64,000 nucleotides of DNA from Prasinococcaceae sp. CCMP 1430 (Eukaryota > Plantae > Prasinodermophyta). The position numbers and the translations under genes were made by a program. The stretch lies in NCBI GenBank assembly GCA_013416795.1, contig RQSC01000806.1, positions 1 through 64,000 on the forward strand, given 5' to 3'. The notes below the pieces were generated by a model. That model did not search any database. It worked only from the letters and a program-made list of their open reading frames with translations, and had not been told where the DNA came from. Positions 21,973 to 33,300 of this stretch are shown here, in pieces; position 1 is the stretch's first letter, and each line of letters begins with the position of its first letter.

Positions 21973-24206
21973 CTAATGGATCTTGAGGTGCATGAGATCG
22001 GCCGGGATAGTGCCATTCTTGCACATGTTGCGCCATTTGTCACGGACCCTGTTCGAGCCCTTGACGGAGCTGTCCGCAAAGATGCGATCGGCCATCTGTG
22101 TCCACTTTGAGGGTAGGATCGCCGGCGCATATTCGCCACGCATCATCGCAATCAGCAGTTTCTCATCGTCTTGCGACCAAGTCACCCGTGTGCCCGTCGC
22201 CTCCCTCTTGCCACTCTTGCGCTTCTTCTGGTCCAGCTGCCTCTTCTGCGTCGTCGGTGAGTCATCCTGCCTCAGGGGGGGGGGCTTGCTTGGCGTGGTG
22301 GCCTTCGGCAACTTCAACCCCTCGTCGTCGCTATCGCTGCCGGTGCCCCCGCCATCCTGGTCGTCCTCAATCTTACCCTGCATTCGCGAGGAAGGTCAGC
22401 ACCCGCGCAATTGGGCGTCTTTGTCTCAGCGAGGCGGGCACGGCACTGGCGGCGATGCAAATGAGCATGCGCGCGCGCACACACCTTAGCAGCGCCGCCT
22501 ATCCGCCGGCCTGCCCCCCTCGCCGCAGCGCGCGCAGCCTCGAGGGGATCTTCGGTGGCCTTGCCGGCGTCTTTCACCGTCTGGCGCAGCTCGCGCGTGG
22601 CAGCGCGAGCCTTGTCTTCGCCTTCCTCGAAGTCTGATCCTGAGTCGTCCGAGTCGTCTTCAAAGGCGAGCGCCGCCTTCCTCTTTTGCGCCGCCGACAT
22701 CTTACCCTTACTCTTGGCACGCTGCTTGGTGTCCGCCCCATTGTAATTCTGTAAGAGCACCTCGAGCGGGATCACACCCTTGTCGCCAGCGTGGCCAGAC
22801 GGTCCTGCAGCGCCGTCCCCGACCATGTCCTGGAGGCCTGCAGCAGCCTCCTTCTCAGCGTCTGTTGCAGCAAGCGCAACGGCCATGGCACCGGTAGGTG
22901 CGGGCGGCGCCCGCGCGACGGGCAGCGGCTTCGCGGCGGCAGCAGCGGAGGGCTGCGGCGGGGGTGCCGGGGGCCGACCCGCACGCTTAAGTGGCGGCTC
23001 CTCCCAACCTGCCGGGAGCTCGTCTGGCACGAACGTAGCAGCACCGATCGCCGCAGCTCCGCGGGTGGCCCTGGTGTGCTGTTTTGGGACACCGGCGTCG
23101 GCCTTGTACGTGTATCCCTCGCGCACCTTCAAGAGCTGTCCAAGATGGCTGTGCTCAGGCACGCGCCCCGCATCAATGTCGTCGAAGACGCGCTCCATGA
23201 AAGTCTTGCCCAACGAGCGGTCGAGCCTGTCCAGGTATTCGACCACGGCGACCCATAGGGCGCCCGCGTCGAAGTGTTCCGAGATCTTCTTCTGGACCTT
23301 CTTCGCCTTGCCCTTCCCCCACAGCTGCAGAAACCTCTCCAGTACCACGATGTTTTTCTCGATGCGGTCGAAATTGGTGAAGTTAGACTGCTCCTTCACC
23401 TCCCTGAGCGCATCGGCGTCCATCTTCAATTCTTCAACTGCCTCCTTGCATGCGCCGGGGTCTGCGACGCGACCGTGGCGAAGATGCTGCATGGCCTTCT
23501 CTACGCGAAGAGACACTTCGACCTCTTCATCCATTTGCGGGAAGTTCTTGAATGGCCGCGCACAGAAGACCAGCCCGAGCACAAACTCGACGCTGTGGGC
23601 ATCTTTGGCGAGCTCCTCGGGCGTGCGCTTCGTTTGGGCCAGCAGAGTGCGAATTTGAAGCAACGGCGTCATGGTACCCACAGAAGCCTTCGACAGCTCC
23701 GCGAGCACATCATGCAACGGCGCGCTTTGCTCCTTGGTCAGCTGCTCCATCGCCCACACCATGGGCTCTGCCATCTGATCATCGTCTCCCTCTTCGTCTT
23801 CGCCTTCGTCCTCGCCCTCGGCCGCGTCCTCGGCGGCTCGTGCAGCCCCCTCCTCATCGCCATCCTCAGCGGTCCCATCAGCCGGCTCCACAGGCTCGAC
23901 GGCAGTTACCGGCCCATCGATCTGTGCAGACACCGCGCACGTCGCCACGGTGCCAGCGCGGGGCCGTCAGCACGCGCGCGCGCGAGGCAAGCACGCAGTG
24001 GGCCAGCGCTTCCCGCGTTCGGAGGCACGCGCACGACCCCCATTCGCGCCCGCGCCCCGCACCTGCTCGCCGTCCGACTGCGTGCGCTCGTTCTCCTTGG
24101 CCGTCTCGAAGGAATCCTTCGAGTCCACCGCCATTAGTGTGACTGCGATCTGGTCCTCGACCTCGTTCTTGTGCTTCGGCTTCCCCTTGCGCTTCGAGCG
24201 CGCCAT
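21973..24206 (-). CDS. Telomere repeat-binding factor-like protein with C-terminal Myb/telobox-like domain (TRFL5/TRFL10-like)
   Basis: Exons 24206-24063, 23921-22485, 22377-21973. C-terminal Myb VTWSQDDEKLL..KWTQM..RVRDKWRNM. The central helical domain ends LWVAVVEYLDRLDRSLGKTFMERV, recalling the plant TRFL ..AWxSMGPSFLE motif (recalled, not searched). Confidence 0.7.
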
Positions 24207-24466
24207 GGCCGCCGCCGCGCCCACCCGCCCACCCTCCCAGCGACCGCCACGAACGGCCCGGCCGTGTTGCCTGCGCCCGGCCTTCTGGGCCACGCGCACG
24301 TAAGAGAGAGAGAGAGGTCCGGTCCCTTCCGCGCCGCGCACTCTGCCGCGCGCTCTTCTCTCCCGTTCCTTGCGCTGCTTTGCGCCGCGCCCGCGCGGTG
24401 TGCCGCGCCACTTCGCGCGCGCCGCTTCGCGCGCAGGCGCCGGCCGGCGCCGAGGTTCCCACACAC

Positions 24467-24486
24467 GTTAGGGTTACAGTACTGTA
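24467..24486. promoter_or_regulatory. Telo-box-like GTTAGGGTTA fused to the 12-bp palindrome TACAGTACTGTA
   Basis: 1.5 TTAGGG units at 24467-24476; perfect palindrome at 24475-24486; about 260 bp upstream of the TRF-like ATG. Confidence 0.45.
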
Positions 24487-24804
24487 CACGCGTGGTTGGG
24501 CATTTTGGCTACACCGAGTTTGTAGATTAGCACCCAGCTGCGCACGCCCCCATGCGTTTTGATAGGGACGGTTCCCCCAGCGCGCGTGATCCGCGCGGGA
24601 TCCGTTTTCGGGGGCGTGCCACTCTTGCTGCTTTGCGCGCTGCGCGCGCAACAGCAGCTCCGCGTGCTTAGGCACGCGAGAGTCACCCACGGTGAACACT
24701 CCCCTCTCGTGCGCGAGAGGGTTATCGTGTAAGACGGGGCACGCGTGAGCGCGTGCACTGTGCTACGGGGCGCGTTCGCGCGCTCTGAGTAGCAGCCTGC
24801 CCAC

Positions 24805-24993
24805 ATGTCTGACGCCGAGGACGGGGGGGCACCGTCCGCGGCTGAGGAATTCAGGGCACTGACCGCCGCAGACACGCTCATGGGCGCAACATGGCCGCGT
24901 TCGGACGACGAGTTGGAGACCGCGCGCGACCTGTTGTCCACCGTGGTTACGTGCATGTCCGGCAGTCGGGGCAGTTCGTGTGATGATATGTAG
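24805..24993 (+). CDS. Small acidic ORF (62 aa), possibly a gene relic
   Basis: Plausible codon usage but no motif; lies next to an unusual repeat block. Confidence 0.2.
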   Translation: MSDAEDGGAPSAAEEFRALTAADTLMGATWPRSDDELETARDLLSTVVTCMSGSRGSSCDDM

Positions 24994-25095
24994 CTCGCAT
25001 GCTACATAATGTATCGTCCTCACCTAGTCTCCCGTGGTCAGTCTAGACAGTCATTTACCTGATGACCTACCCCAGGTCTGAGTGGAAACTACACT

Positions 25096-25347
25096 GGGTT
25101 GAAACCCCCAGCCGGGTTGAAAGCCCCGGGCGTGAGTGAGTAACTCGGGTCAGACAACGGGATTGCACCGATAGCAAACCCGGCTGATAATTAAGGTCAG
25201 GGTCTGGGGTATTGAACCCCATCCCCGTCAGCTCTTAAGGGTAGGGTCTAAGGTATGGAACCCCAACACAAACGACTCCTAAGGGTAGGGTCTAAGGTCC
25301 CGGACCTTAACCCGACTTAGGGGAAGGGTTCAGAGAATGGAACCCTG
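25096..25347. repeat. Degenerate tandem array of about 44-bp telomere-like units (consensus TTAAGGGTAGGGTCTAAGGTATGGAACCCC) preceded by two GGGTTGAAA(C/G)CCC hairpin units
   Basis: Units start at 25191, 25235, 25279 and 25317; the 19-mer TAAGGGTAGGGTCTAAGGT is identical in units 2 and 3. Two hairpin units 18 bp apart start at 25096 and 25114. Confidence 0.75.
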
Positions 25348-26601
25348 GGCACCTTGTGACCAACCGCTGCGAATCCAGTGGAACCCACCCCTCCTCGTTC
25401 ATTTTGACGTAGGGGAGTTCCCCGTGTGAGATATTTTTAGAAGGGCGGTAGGGTTGTGTGCCAGAGCGTGTGCAGCGTGTGCCCCCCGCGCCCTAAAGCG
25501 ACGGGATAGTGCGCGGGGAGCTAGGGGGAGGACTGTAAGAGGGCACGGAGGGCGGGGCTGACGCCCCCCGCCCCTTATCACTCGAAAAAGGGGAAGCGAT
25601 CACACTTATAACGCCCCGTGCGGCGCGTTCGAGACCCGCGGGGGGCCGGTGAAGGTCTTCGGCGGCTCCGTCATCGTGTTGATTGGTGGTGCGCCGCTGG
25701 AGCAGTTCGCCCCCCGTCGCCCGAAATGCGTCGCCGCACGCCCCATGCGGCGTCTCGCGAGAGGCGCAAAGTCGGGTGCCCTTACATACGCCCGAGCAGC
25801 GGAGGCTTCGCATGCGGGTCGCGACGGCTGTCGGTGGGAGCCATCTGCACTGATCGCGGCATCCACCGCGAGGAGCCTTCCGCAAACCGCGGCAATCCCT
25901 TCCCCACATTCCGCGGCCCTCCGCTTGCGATCGCACCTCGACCTTCGCGGAACGGCGCGCGCGAACGCGAACGCGAGCCCGCGCGCGAAATCAAGCACTC
26001 GCGCGCCGCCGGGCGCGCGCGCGCGCGAAAAAAAAAAAAAAACAATTCAAAAAGCCGCCATCAAACGCCGCTGTTTTTTTTACTATGCGCGCTCGAAATG
26101 TGGCCTCCAATGCATTTCGACGGTTTTTGCAGTGAGGGTTTTTGAAGCGGCATTTCGCATACATCCGCGTTTTTTGAATGCGGTTTGATTACTCTCACAG
26201 ATCGTTGGCTTTCATTTGCGCTCGCGCGAAACAGAAATCCGTCAACAGCCCATACGCAAAAAAAAAAAAACGCATTGCATTGCGACGCGAGCGGGCGTCG
26301 CGCCACACCGCGCGCGGGGCAGGCGGGGGCCCGGCAGCGGGGGCCCAAGGGTGGCGCAGGCGTCGCGAGCGGCCGCAGGCAGGGCTGTGGCAGTGCGGCG
26401 TTGCTACCAGCGAGGGGGTGGTCGCCGCCTCCTTCCAGCTGCCGCAGTCGTCCTCTTCACACACACACGCACGCAAGCAAACGCGCGCAAACGCGCACGC
26501 ATCCACATTGCAGCTCTCGGGCTCAGAGACGACTCCGCCCGCCGCCGGCGGCGGCGCGCGAGTGGTCCCTGTGGCGCGGGCGATCCGGCAAGAGGCCGCA
26601 G

Positions 26602-29600
26602 ATGATGCGCGCGCTCCAGCGCACGCTCGGCCTCTGCGGGGGGTCGCCGGCGTGGATGGGTGCGAACGGCGGCGACTCGGACGCAGGAGGTAGCGGCGGC
26701 GGCGGCGGCTCTGGCGCCGCGCATGCGGGCGCTGGCAGCGCGCAGCATCGGCGTGCCGCCGGCGCTTTGGAGCGAGGAGGCGCTCGGACGACCACGACGG
26801 GAGGGGAGGCAAACGGAGCTGCATGCGGGGCTGCGGCAGCAGCTCGAGCGTGCGCTTTGCCTGCCGAGTGCGAACAGCTCGGCAGCGCGCTCGCCGCGCT
26901 CGAGGACGCTGCTGCAAAAGCGGACACCGCTGCTTCTGCGTACGCCGGCGAAGCCACGTCAGCAGGCCTTGCCGCTGCACAGCAGGCCCTGAGCGACGCG
27001 CGCCGCGCGGCGACAGTGGCACTGGCCGCGTCGGAGGCGTCGGCATGCGCAACTCTGCGTTGGCAATCGTGCTTTCACTCGCAACGGAAGCAATGCTCCA
27101 CCACGAGCGCCCGCGACACCTCGGGCGGAACGACGGCGCGCGCGTCGGCGGGCGCGTCCAGCGCCGCGGTCGATGCTTCGCGGTCCACTCGCAATGCCCA
27201 GCAGCCTCCTGCACCGCCGCTTCCACCAGCGTTGCTCGCACGACATCATCGGACCCCGCCCGAGCCTGCGGCAGTCGTGCGCCCCGCAGCCATCGCCACA
27301 CCCGCCCCGAGCGTGACTCCTTGGGAGTCTGCGTCCTTTCGCCCCGTCATACGCGCGCGCTCCGCGCGTCGCTCGCGCCAGTGCGAGGAGTACAGCGAAG
27401 GCGCGGCGCGCAGGCACTCGCTGGAACTCATCGCCTACATGGAAGCGCTCGGCGTGCTCACCGCAGAGGAGGCTGCGAGTGCGCGCGAGGCCAATGCCCA
27501 TTCCGCCGCCGGTGCCTCCGGAATGGAGGACGCCCCCTGCGGCGGTGACAGCACCTCCCCGCCAAACCCATGCTCGCACCCTCTGCATGCGACCAGCATG
27601 CTCGCAGCTGCGTGGGACCTCAAGTTCATCTCGCGTATGGTGGATGGGGTGGAACACCCAAAGACCGGTACGTGTCGCGGCCGCGCGCTTTCCTGTGCCG
27701 TCACTGCGCTCGCACGTCAGCACGCTGGGCGCATTCATTGCGCGTGGTCAGAAGTGCATGTAGCCCCTTTTCTGACATCATGCATGTGCGCGGGCGCGCT
27801 GCGCTTGGATTCGATCGCACGCATCCACTCGCGGCAATAGGTGCAAAGTACATCAGCCGCTGGCGCAAAGCTGATGGACCGCAGGGCGGCGCGGCGAACA
27901 ACAAGATTGCAGTCGCGCTTCTGTTGAAGCTCGCACTGCACATGGCGCTTCGTGAACGCGTGGCCCAGCAGAGGCGCGCGCTCGAAGAGCACGTGGCGAA
28001 TCGGCTCGCGAGCTGCGTGAACGCAGCTAGGACGATGCAAGGACCGCCAGTCTCGGGGGTGCGCTGCCACGCTCGAGTGGAGCCGCCACATCACACGCCG
28101 CGGGGAGCCACAAGCGGATGTGCTGCGGGCGCACTGCTGGCGAGTCTGCCATCCTTTGGCATGCACCAGCATGCGAGGTCGCACGGCCTCGCAAGCAGCG
28201 CCGTGGTCGCATCACCCTTTGCTGTCGCGATAGATGCCCCAGTGGTGGTCGGGCGTTCCACAAAAGACTCGCGCACGATGACTGGTGGCGATCCGTTAGC
28301 GCGCGCTCCAGACACGGCGCGCGCCGTCGAGACGCATCCTCTATCGCATTCGAAGCTCGATGTGACTGACGGCAATGGCTCTCCTCGAGACGACAGCACG
28401 TCGCCATTGCTTCAGGAACTCCGGAGCGATTGCCACGACAGTTGCCAGGATGCTCTGGTGTGCACGCCGAGCACCTCGCGCTGCGAGCCATCCAAGACCC
28501 TCTCTCGGCGGGACGTGTGCCTCGCAAAGGTCCTCGTCGATGGCGTCGCCTCCGAAGACCGTCGAGTTGGCACGACCGGCGATGGCCCCCAGAACGCGCG
28601 CGCGCCCCGTTGCCTCGGACTCGCTACATCGGGACAAAAAAACGCCGCCGATCGCCGCACGGAGGGAGGCCCAAACCGCGCAGCCGCATCGTCGCACACC
28701 TCGCTCTCCGCGGCCACGACCGTCACCGAGGCAATGTGCCACCGCTACCTGTGCGACTTCGTCGGATCTCTGACCGCGGCCGAGCGCGCGATGTTCCATG
28801 CCATTCGGGAGCACAGCGCGTCGCTGCGCGCATGGATGAAGTCGCGTGCACTGTCGTTCGACGTGTGGGCGGGAATCGACCTGCCGAGCCAGCTGCGCGG
28901 TCACGAGTTCAGCAGCGACCCCGACCTCGAAATCGACCAGAGAAATCTGCTGGACGACCTCATCGCCACCGTCAAGGACGCCGCAGCTGCAGCGGCACCG
29001 ACGGCAGCAGCGGCGGCAAAGCTGGTGAGTGCCAGCGACATGCCCGCAGCCCTGCGAAAGAACCGCGCGCTGCCGTTTCCGCAAAAAGTCGTGCGGCATG
29101 TCTTTGCTGGCAGCGCCGTGCAGCTCGAGGCTGCCCGCCCGCCGCTGCTCGGCGGCAGGCTCGCGGACGGCGACTCAATGGCGCGCAAGCTCGCGCGTAC
29201 CCTCGGGTTGCACACACTCGCTGCAGACATCTCCGAGATGTTCGCCGAGTACGACCGCCTGGTCGAGCGCGGTGAGAGCCGGCGCGTCTTCCGCATTTAC
29301 TTACAGAACGGGAGGCGAGGCGCTGCGCAGAACGGGCTCACCATGGGATGCCGGTCGGCCTGCTGCATGGCCATCGACGGTGAGAACGGCTCGGTCATGC
29401 TCGACTACCTCCTTGACGCCGCCTTCCCTTTCTTGGTTGTTGAAGAGGTGACCAAGAGTGGCCCTCCCGCCATCGTGGTCCACAGCAACTACTTCGTGGC
29501 GCTGGCCGAGCCCGCGACGAAGGCGACCGCGCAATCGGCGCACACGCCCGCCGCCCGCCCCGTGCTCGTGTGCGACAATCTGGAGGCGCACCCGTCATTC

Positions 29601-29993
29601 CGCGTGCAGACGGCCACGCCGAGCCCCTCCCTCGCCCGCGCGCACAATGCCGTCGTCGACAACGTGCTCGCCTTCGTGCGCGAGTGGCAGGGCGCCGTTG
29701 GCCTGCCGATTGAGAGCGAGCTGTGCATCGGGCGCACGCTCAATACCTTCAAGCTCACGAAGGTGAACCTGGAGACGCGCCAGCTCATGCACGTCGACGG
29801 TGCGCACGAGGAGAAGCTCACCGTGAGTGTTCCGGTCGGCTGCCTGCGCGCCGACGTGTACCTTGACTCGTACGGCGGAAAGTACATTGCCAGCACCGCT
29901 CTGAAGTCGCCCACCGCGCTCCCATTCGACCTCGTGCCGCTGCCTCCGACCCCGCTCAAGCGCCCGGGGGGCCTTCCCGACTGTCAGTCGTGA
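26602..29993 (+). CDS. Large uncharacterised protein with a Cys-containing alpha/beta C-terminal domain
   Basis: Exons 26602-27667 and 27841-29993; the phase-1 GT-AG intron joins PKTG|AKYISRW in frame. C-terminal motif GCRSACCMAIDGENG..YLLDAAF..LVCDNLE. Confidence 0.7.
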
Positions 29994-30355
29994 ACCGGTC
30001 ACCAGCCACGACGCGTGCCAAGCTCACAACTCAACTGCATTCTACGCACCACACAAAACCCCACGCTACTACGTACAGAATTTCGCGGCACCATTTCAGC
30101 ATGATTGAAGCATATGCACCATCGCATCGACTCCACAGCCAGCCCCACGACGATCTTCGTGTCTCGTGGTCTGCTCGGCACCGCCCGCGAGCGGATCAAA
30201 GCCCCTGCAACGACCGCCACGGCCCGCGCGTCCGCGGCCGATTCCACGCCCCCCCTTCGCGCGCCCGCGCGGTAGCCTTGCGCTCCGCTGACTGGCTTGT
30301 ATGAATCATTCTACGCCACGTGGTGAGCGCGTTGCTCGGAAAGGGCGCGCGTCGG

Positions 30356-33300
30356 TCACGTCAAGGACGACCTCTTGCCAAAGACGAAGACGCTCGCTCG
30401 CCTGCGCCAGCCACCGCTGTCGCCGCCGTCTCCAGCGTCTCGGATCGAGCGGCTGCTGCTTTCGCCGGTCTTCTTGAAGAGCGAGGGCGCGGTAGTCACA
30501 CTTATGCGCCGCACGGCGGCATTGAGCACGCCGTGGCCCTCTTCGTGCCGCGCGTCGCGCGGCCCCAGGAGGACGTCGGGTGAGTACTTTTCAAGGAACC
30601 TCTCGAGTCCCTTGAGCACCTTCCCGCGCTCGGCGGCGCGCTCGACAGCGTCGAGGGTGCTTTGCTTGAGCAGCTCGTCGATGCGATCGTTGCTGAGCTC
30701 GCGGCGGTTGGCGCACAGCGTGGCGAGCGTCGCCTGCAGCTCGGGGAAGATGAGCACCATCGTCTTGTACAGCGGAGCCACGATGACGTCGATGAAGGCG
30801 ATCTGCGATTGCGGGATCGACGTCCTGTCGCGATCCATCTGCGGCGACACCTTGAGCCCTCGGGCCTTCTCCCGGTCGCCCTGCTGCCAGAACTCCTCCA
30901 GCACGCGCATCTTCCACTTCTTGTAGATGTGCATGGGCCTGACCGGGTTGGAGATGTCCGCCGCGTGTAGGATGGTGCTGAAGATGAGCTCTCGCTCCTC
31001 GGGCGTCTCGAATATGCACTCCGCATCCGACTGGCCCGCGAGCTGGGTCGCGCGCTGCACCCTCTCCGTGTTGAGCTCGTACCACACCTCGAGCTGCGAG
31101 AGAGACTTGAAGTGGTTCACCATGTCCGTGTGCAGGATGGTGTGAATTATCAGCTTGCGCGCCTCGCGCCACTCGGCGTCGTCCAGCTTGGCGAAGACGT
31201 CCGCGTCGGGGTGGTCGGCGACCAGCTGGTAGAGCATGCTGACGTGATGGTTCTCCAGCACCGAGCTGTCGTTGTACTTGATGGCCTTCGAGTCGCGCGT
31301 ACGCACCAAGAAGTTGTTGTTGATGCCCGGATGGTTGAGGTCGTGCGCGAGCGCCGCGACGAGCAGCGAGAACTTCTCCAGCGGCGAGGGCATTATCTTG
31401 TCCTCGGTGAGCGACACGTATCGGTACACGGCGTGTGTGACGTCGCACACGTGTCGCCAGTTGTGGTACGGCGTCTCGCCGTAGTGTTGTTGCATGAGCG
31501 CTATGAAGGCGGCCAGCGTGTCGCGGTGAACCATCTCATCTATCAGATCAAACGCGTCGAACATTGCCATGACGTGCTCCGCGCACTCCTCGTCGGTGGG
31601 CAACCCCTCCATGTCGCACGCCCACGAGTCCAGGCTGGTGGAAAGCGAGACAACGGAGCGCGCCTCCCCTCGGCCCGCAGCGCCGTCGCGGAAGGCTTGT
31701 GTGGTCGCAACTACTTGGGCCTTGCTCACCTCACCGTCCCGCGTCGCGGGCGCGTCGCCGCCGCCGTTGCCCACCGCCTGGCCGAGCCCACGATTGGGGG
31801 AGGGCAGGTCGATGCTCCCGCCGCGGCGACGGCGGGGAGAGCTTGAATGCGCGGCTGCAGCGCTGTCGCCCGAATACTGCTTGATGAAGTCGCGCGTGTT
31901 GTCGTCCATGTCGGTGTCGTCGAGCATGGTCTTGATCATGTGATCGCCCTGCTGCCCGGTGCCGCTCACATGTTTGACGAGCTTGGTCATCTTTCCCACG
32001 ACGGCCTCCATGTCACGCATCTCCATGCCCTCGTGCCCCAGCGCCAGCGAGTTCATCACCTGCGCGGCGTTCATCTGGATCGAGCGGAAGATGCGCTCGA
32101 TGGGCCGCACCACCAGCCGCGTCGACGTCGCGTTGAGCATGAACGAGAAGGCCAGCAGCAGCAGGATGACGAACACCACCAGGAGGATGTTCCACATGCC
32201 CTCCTCGGCTTGCGTGGCGGACACGTCGAAGCGCATGGACACGCACGGGGCGAGCGCGCGGTACTCCTTCCCTCGAGCCGCCGCGGCGGCGGCTCGGGCG
32301 CCCGCCGCCGCGGCGGCCTCCGATCGCGCCGCGGGGCACTCGTTTCTGCCGTCGACCGCCATGATCGCGTTGGCCGCCGGCTCGCTGCGTCCGAAGTACT
32401 CCTCGCCCCAGACCTCATCGCCGACGCGCAGGTAGAAGGGCTTCTGCTGCATCCCGCACCCCGAGCAGCGGTACGACTCGTCGTAGGCGTACGCGAGGCC
32501 CGCCACCGCGCCCGGCGGCAGCGCGCCGGTGTGCTCCGCCTCGGAGAGCCCTAGGAAGTTTCGCCTGAAGACGTCCACCAGCGGCTGCAGCGACGCGCGG
32601 TCCACCGCCCCGGCCTCGGCCACCTGCGGGAGCGCGATCGCCTCCAAGGAGTTCACGTAGGCCAAGGCCGTGGTGTCCACCACCTCGCTCGCGAGGAACA
32701 TGGGCACGAAGACCGACAGCAACACGAGCGTGGCCACCTGCCGGCTGATGTTCTCGCTGAGCGCCTTGGCGATGTTGGAGGGCGCGTCCCTGCCCGACAT
32801 CTCCGCCTTGACGTCCGCCTCGCCCTTGAGCACGCGCGAGATGCGGAAGAACTTGAGCACGCGCACCACGCGCACGAGGCGCATGAGGCGCCCCGCGCGG
32901 CCGCCGATGCGCGCCGCGCGCGTGGCGCGCAGCACCGTCGCCTGGCCGCCGCTCTCCACCCCGAACGCCTCGTAGATGGGCTCCGACATCCAGCGTATGT
33001 CCATGATGATGCTCAGCGTGCCCACGAAGTCCATCCAGAAGTAAAAGCTCAGGAAGTACTTGCGCTCGATGAGCGTGATCCCCGCGAGCTCGAGCGAGAA
33101 CCAGACGAACACCGCGAAGAGGCTCCACTCGACGCCGTCGACGGACGCGGGCGGCGCCTCGGCCACGAGGAGCGCGTCGCTCGCGAACAGCGCGAACACC
33201 AGCGCCGCGCTGCTCAGCGCGTTGAGGCGCCGGCCGCGCGCCAGCGCGCGCAGCCGGTCCTGCCAGCGCCAGTCCCAGCGGTACGCGAACGGCCCGATCC

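Noticed and set aside
25025-25091. Possible hammerhead ribozyme (GTC ... CTGATGA ... GAAACTA, with a 4-bp stem III TAGT/ACTA)
   Set aside because: The core motifs are in type III order, but neither stem I nor stem II forms next to the core. An Infernal search with the Rfam hammerhead models would settle it.
25060-25187. C/D box snoRNA (TGATGA ... CTGA)
   Set aside because: The C box is preceded by C rather than a purine, there is no terminal stem, and I recognised no rRNA-complementary guide.
25191-25347. CRISPR-like repeat-spacer array
   Set aside because: Eukaryotic locus with no cas genes; the repeats are degenerate and the spacers partly homologous, which fits a minisatellite or element relic.
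24467-25400. Telomerase RNA gene
   Set aside because: TAACCCTAAC could be a template, but I could not identify a type 3 Pol III promoter (USE/TATA), a T-rich terminator or a pseudoknot; a promoter telo-box is the simpler reading.
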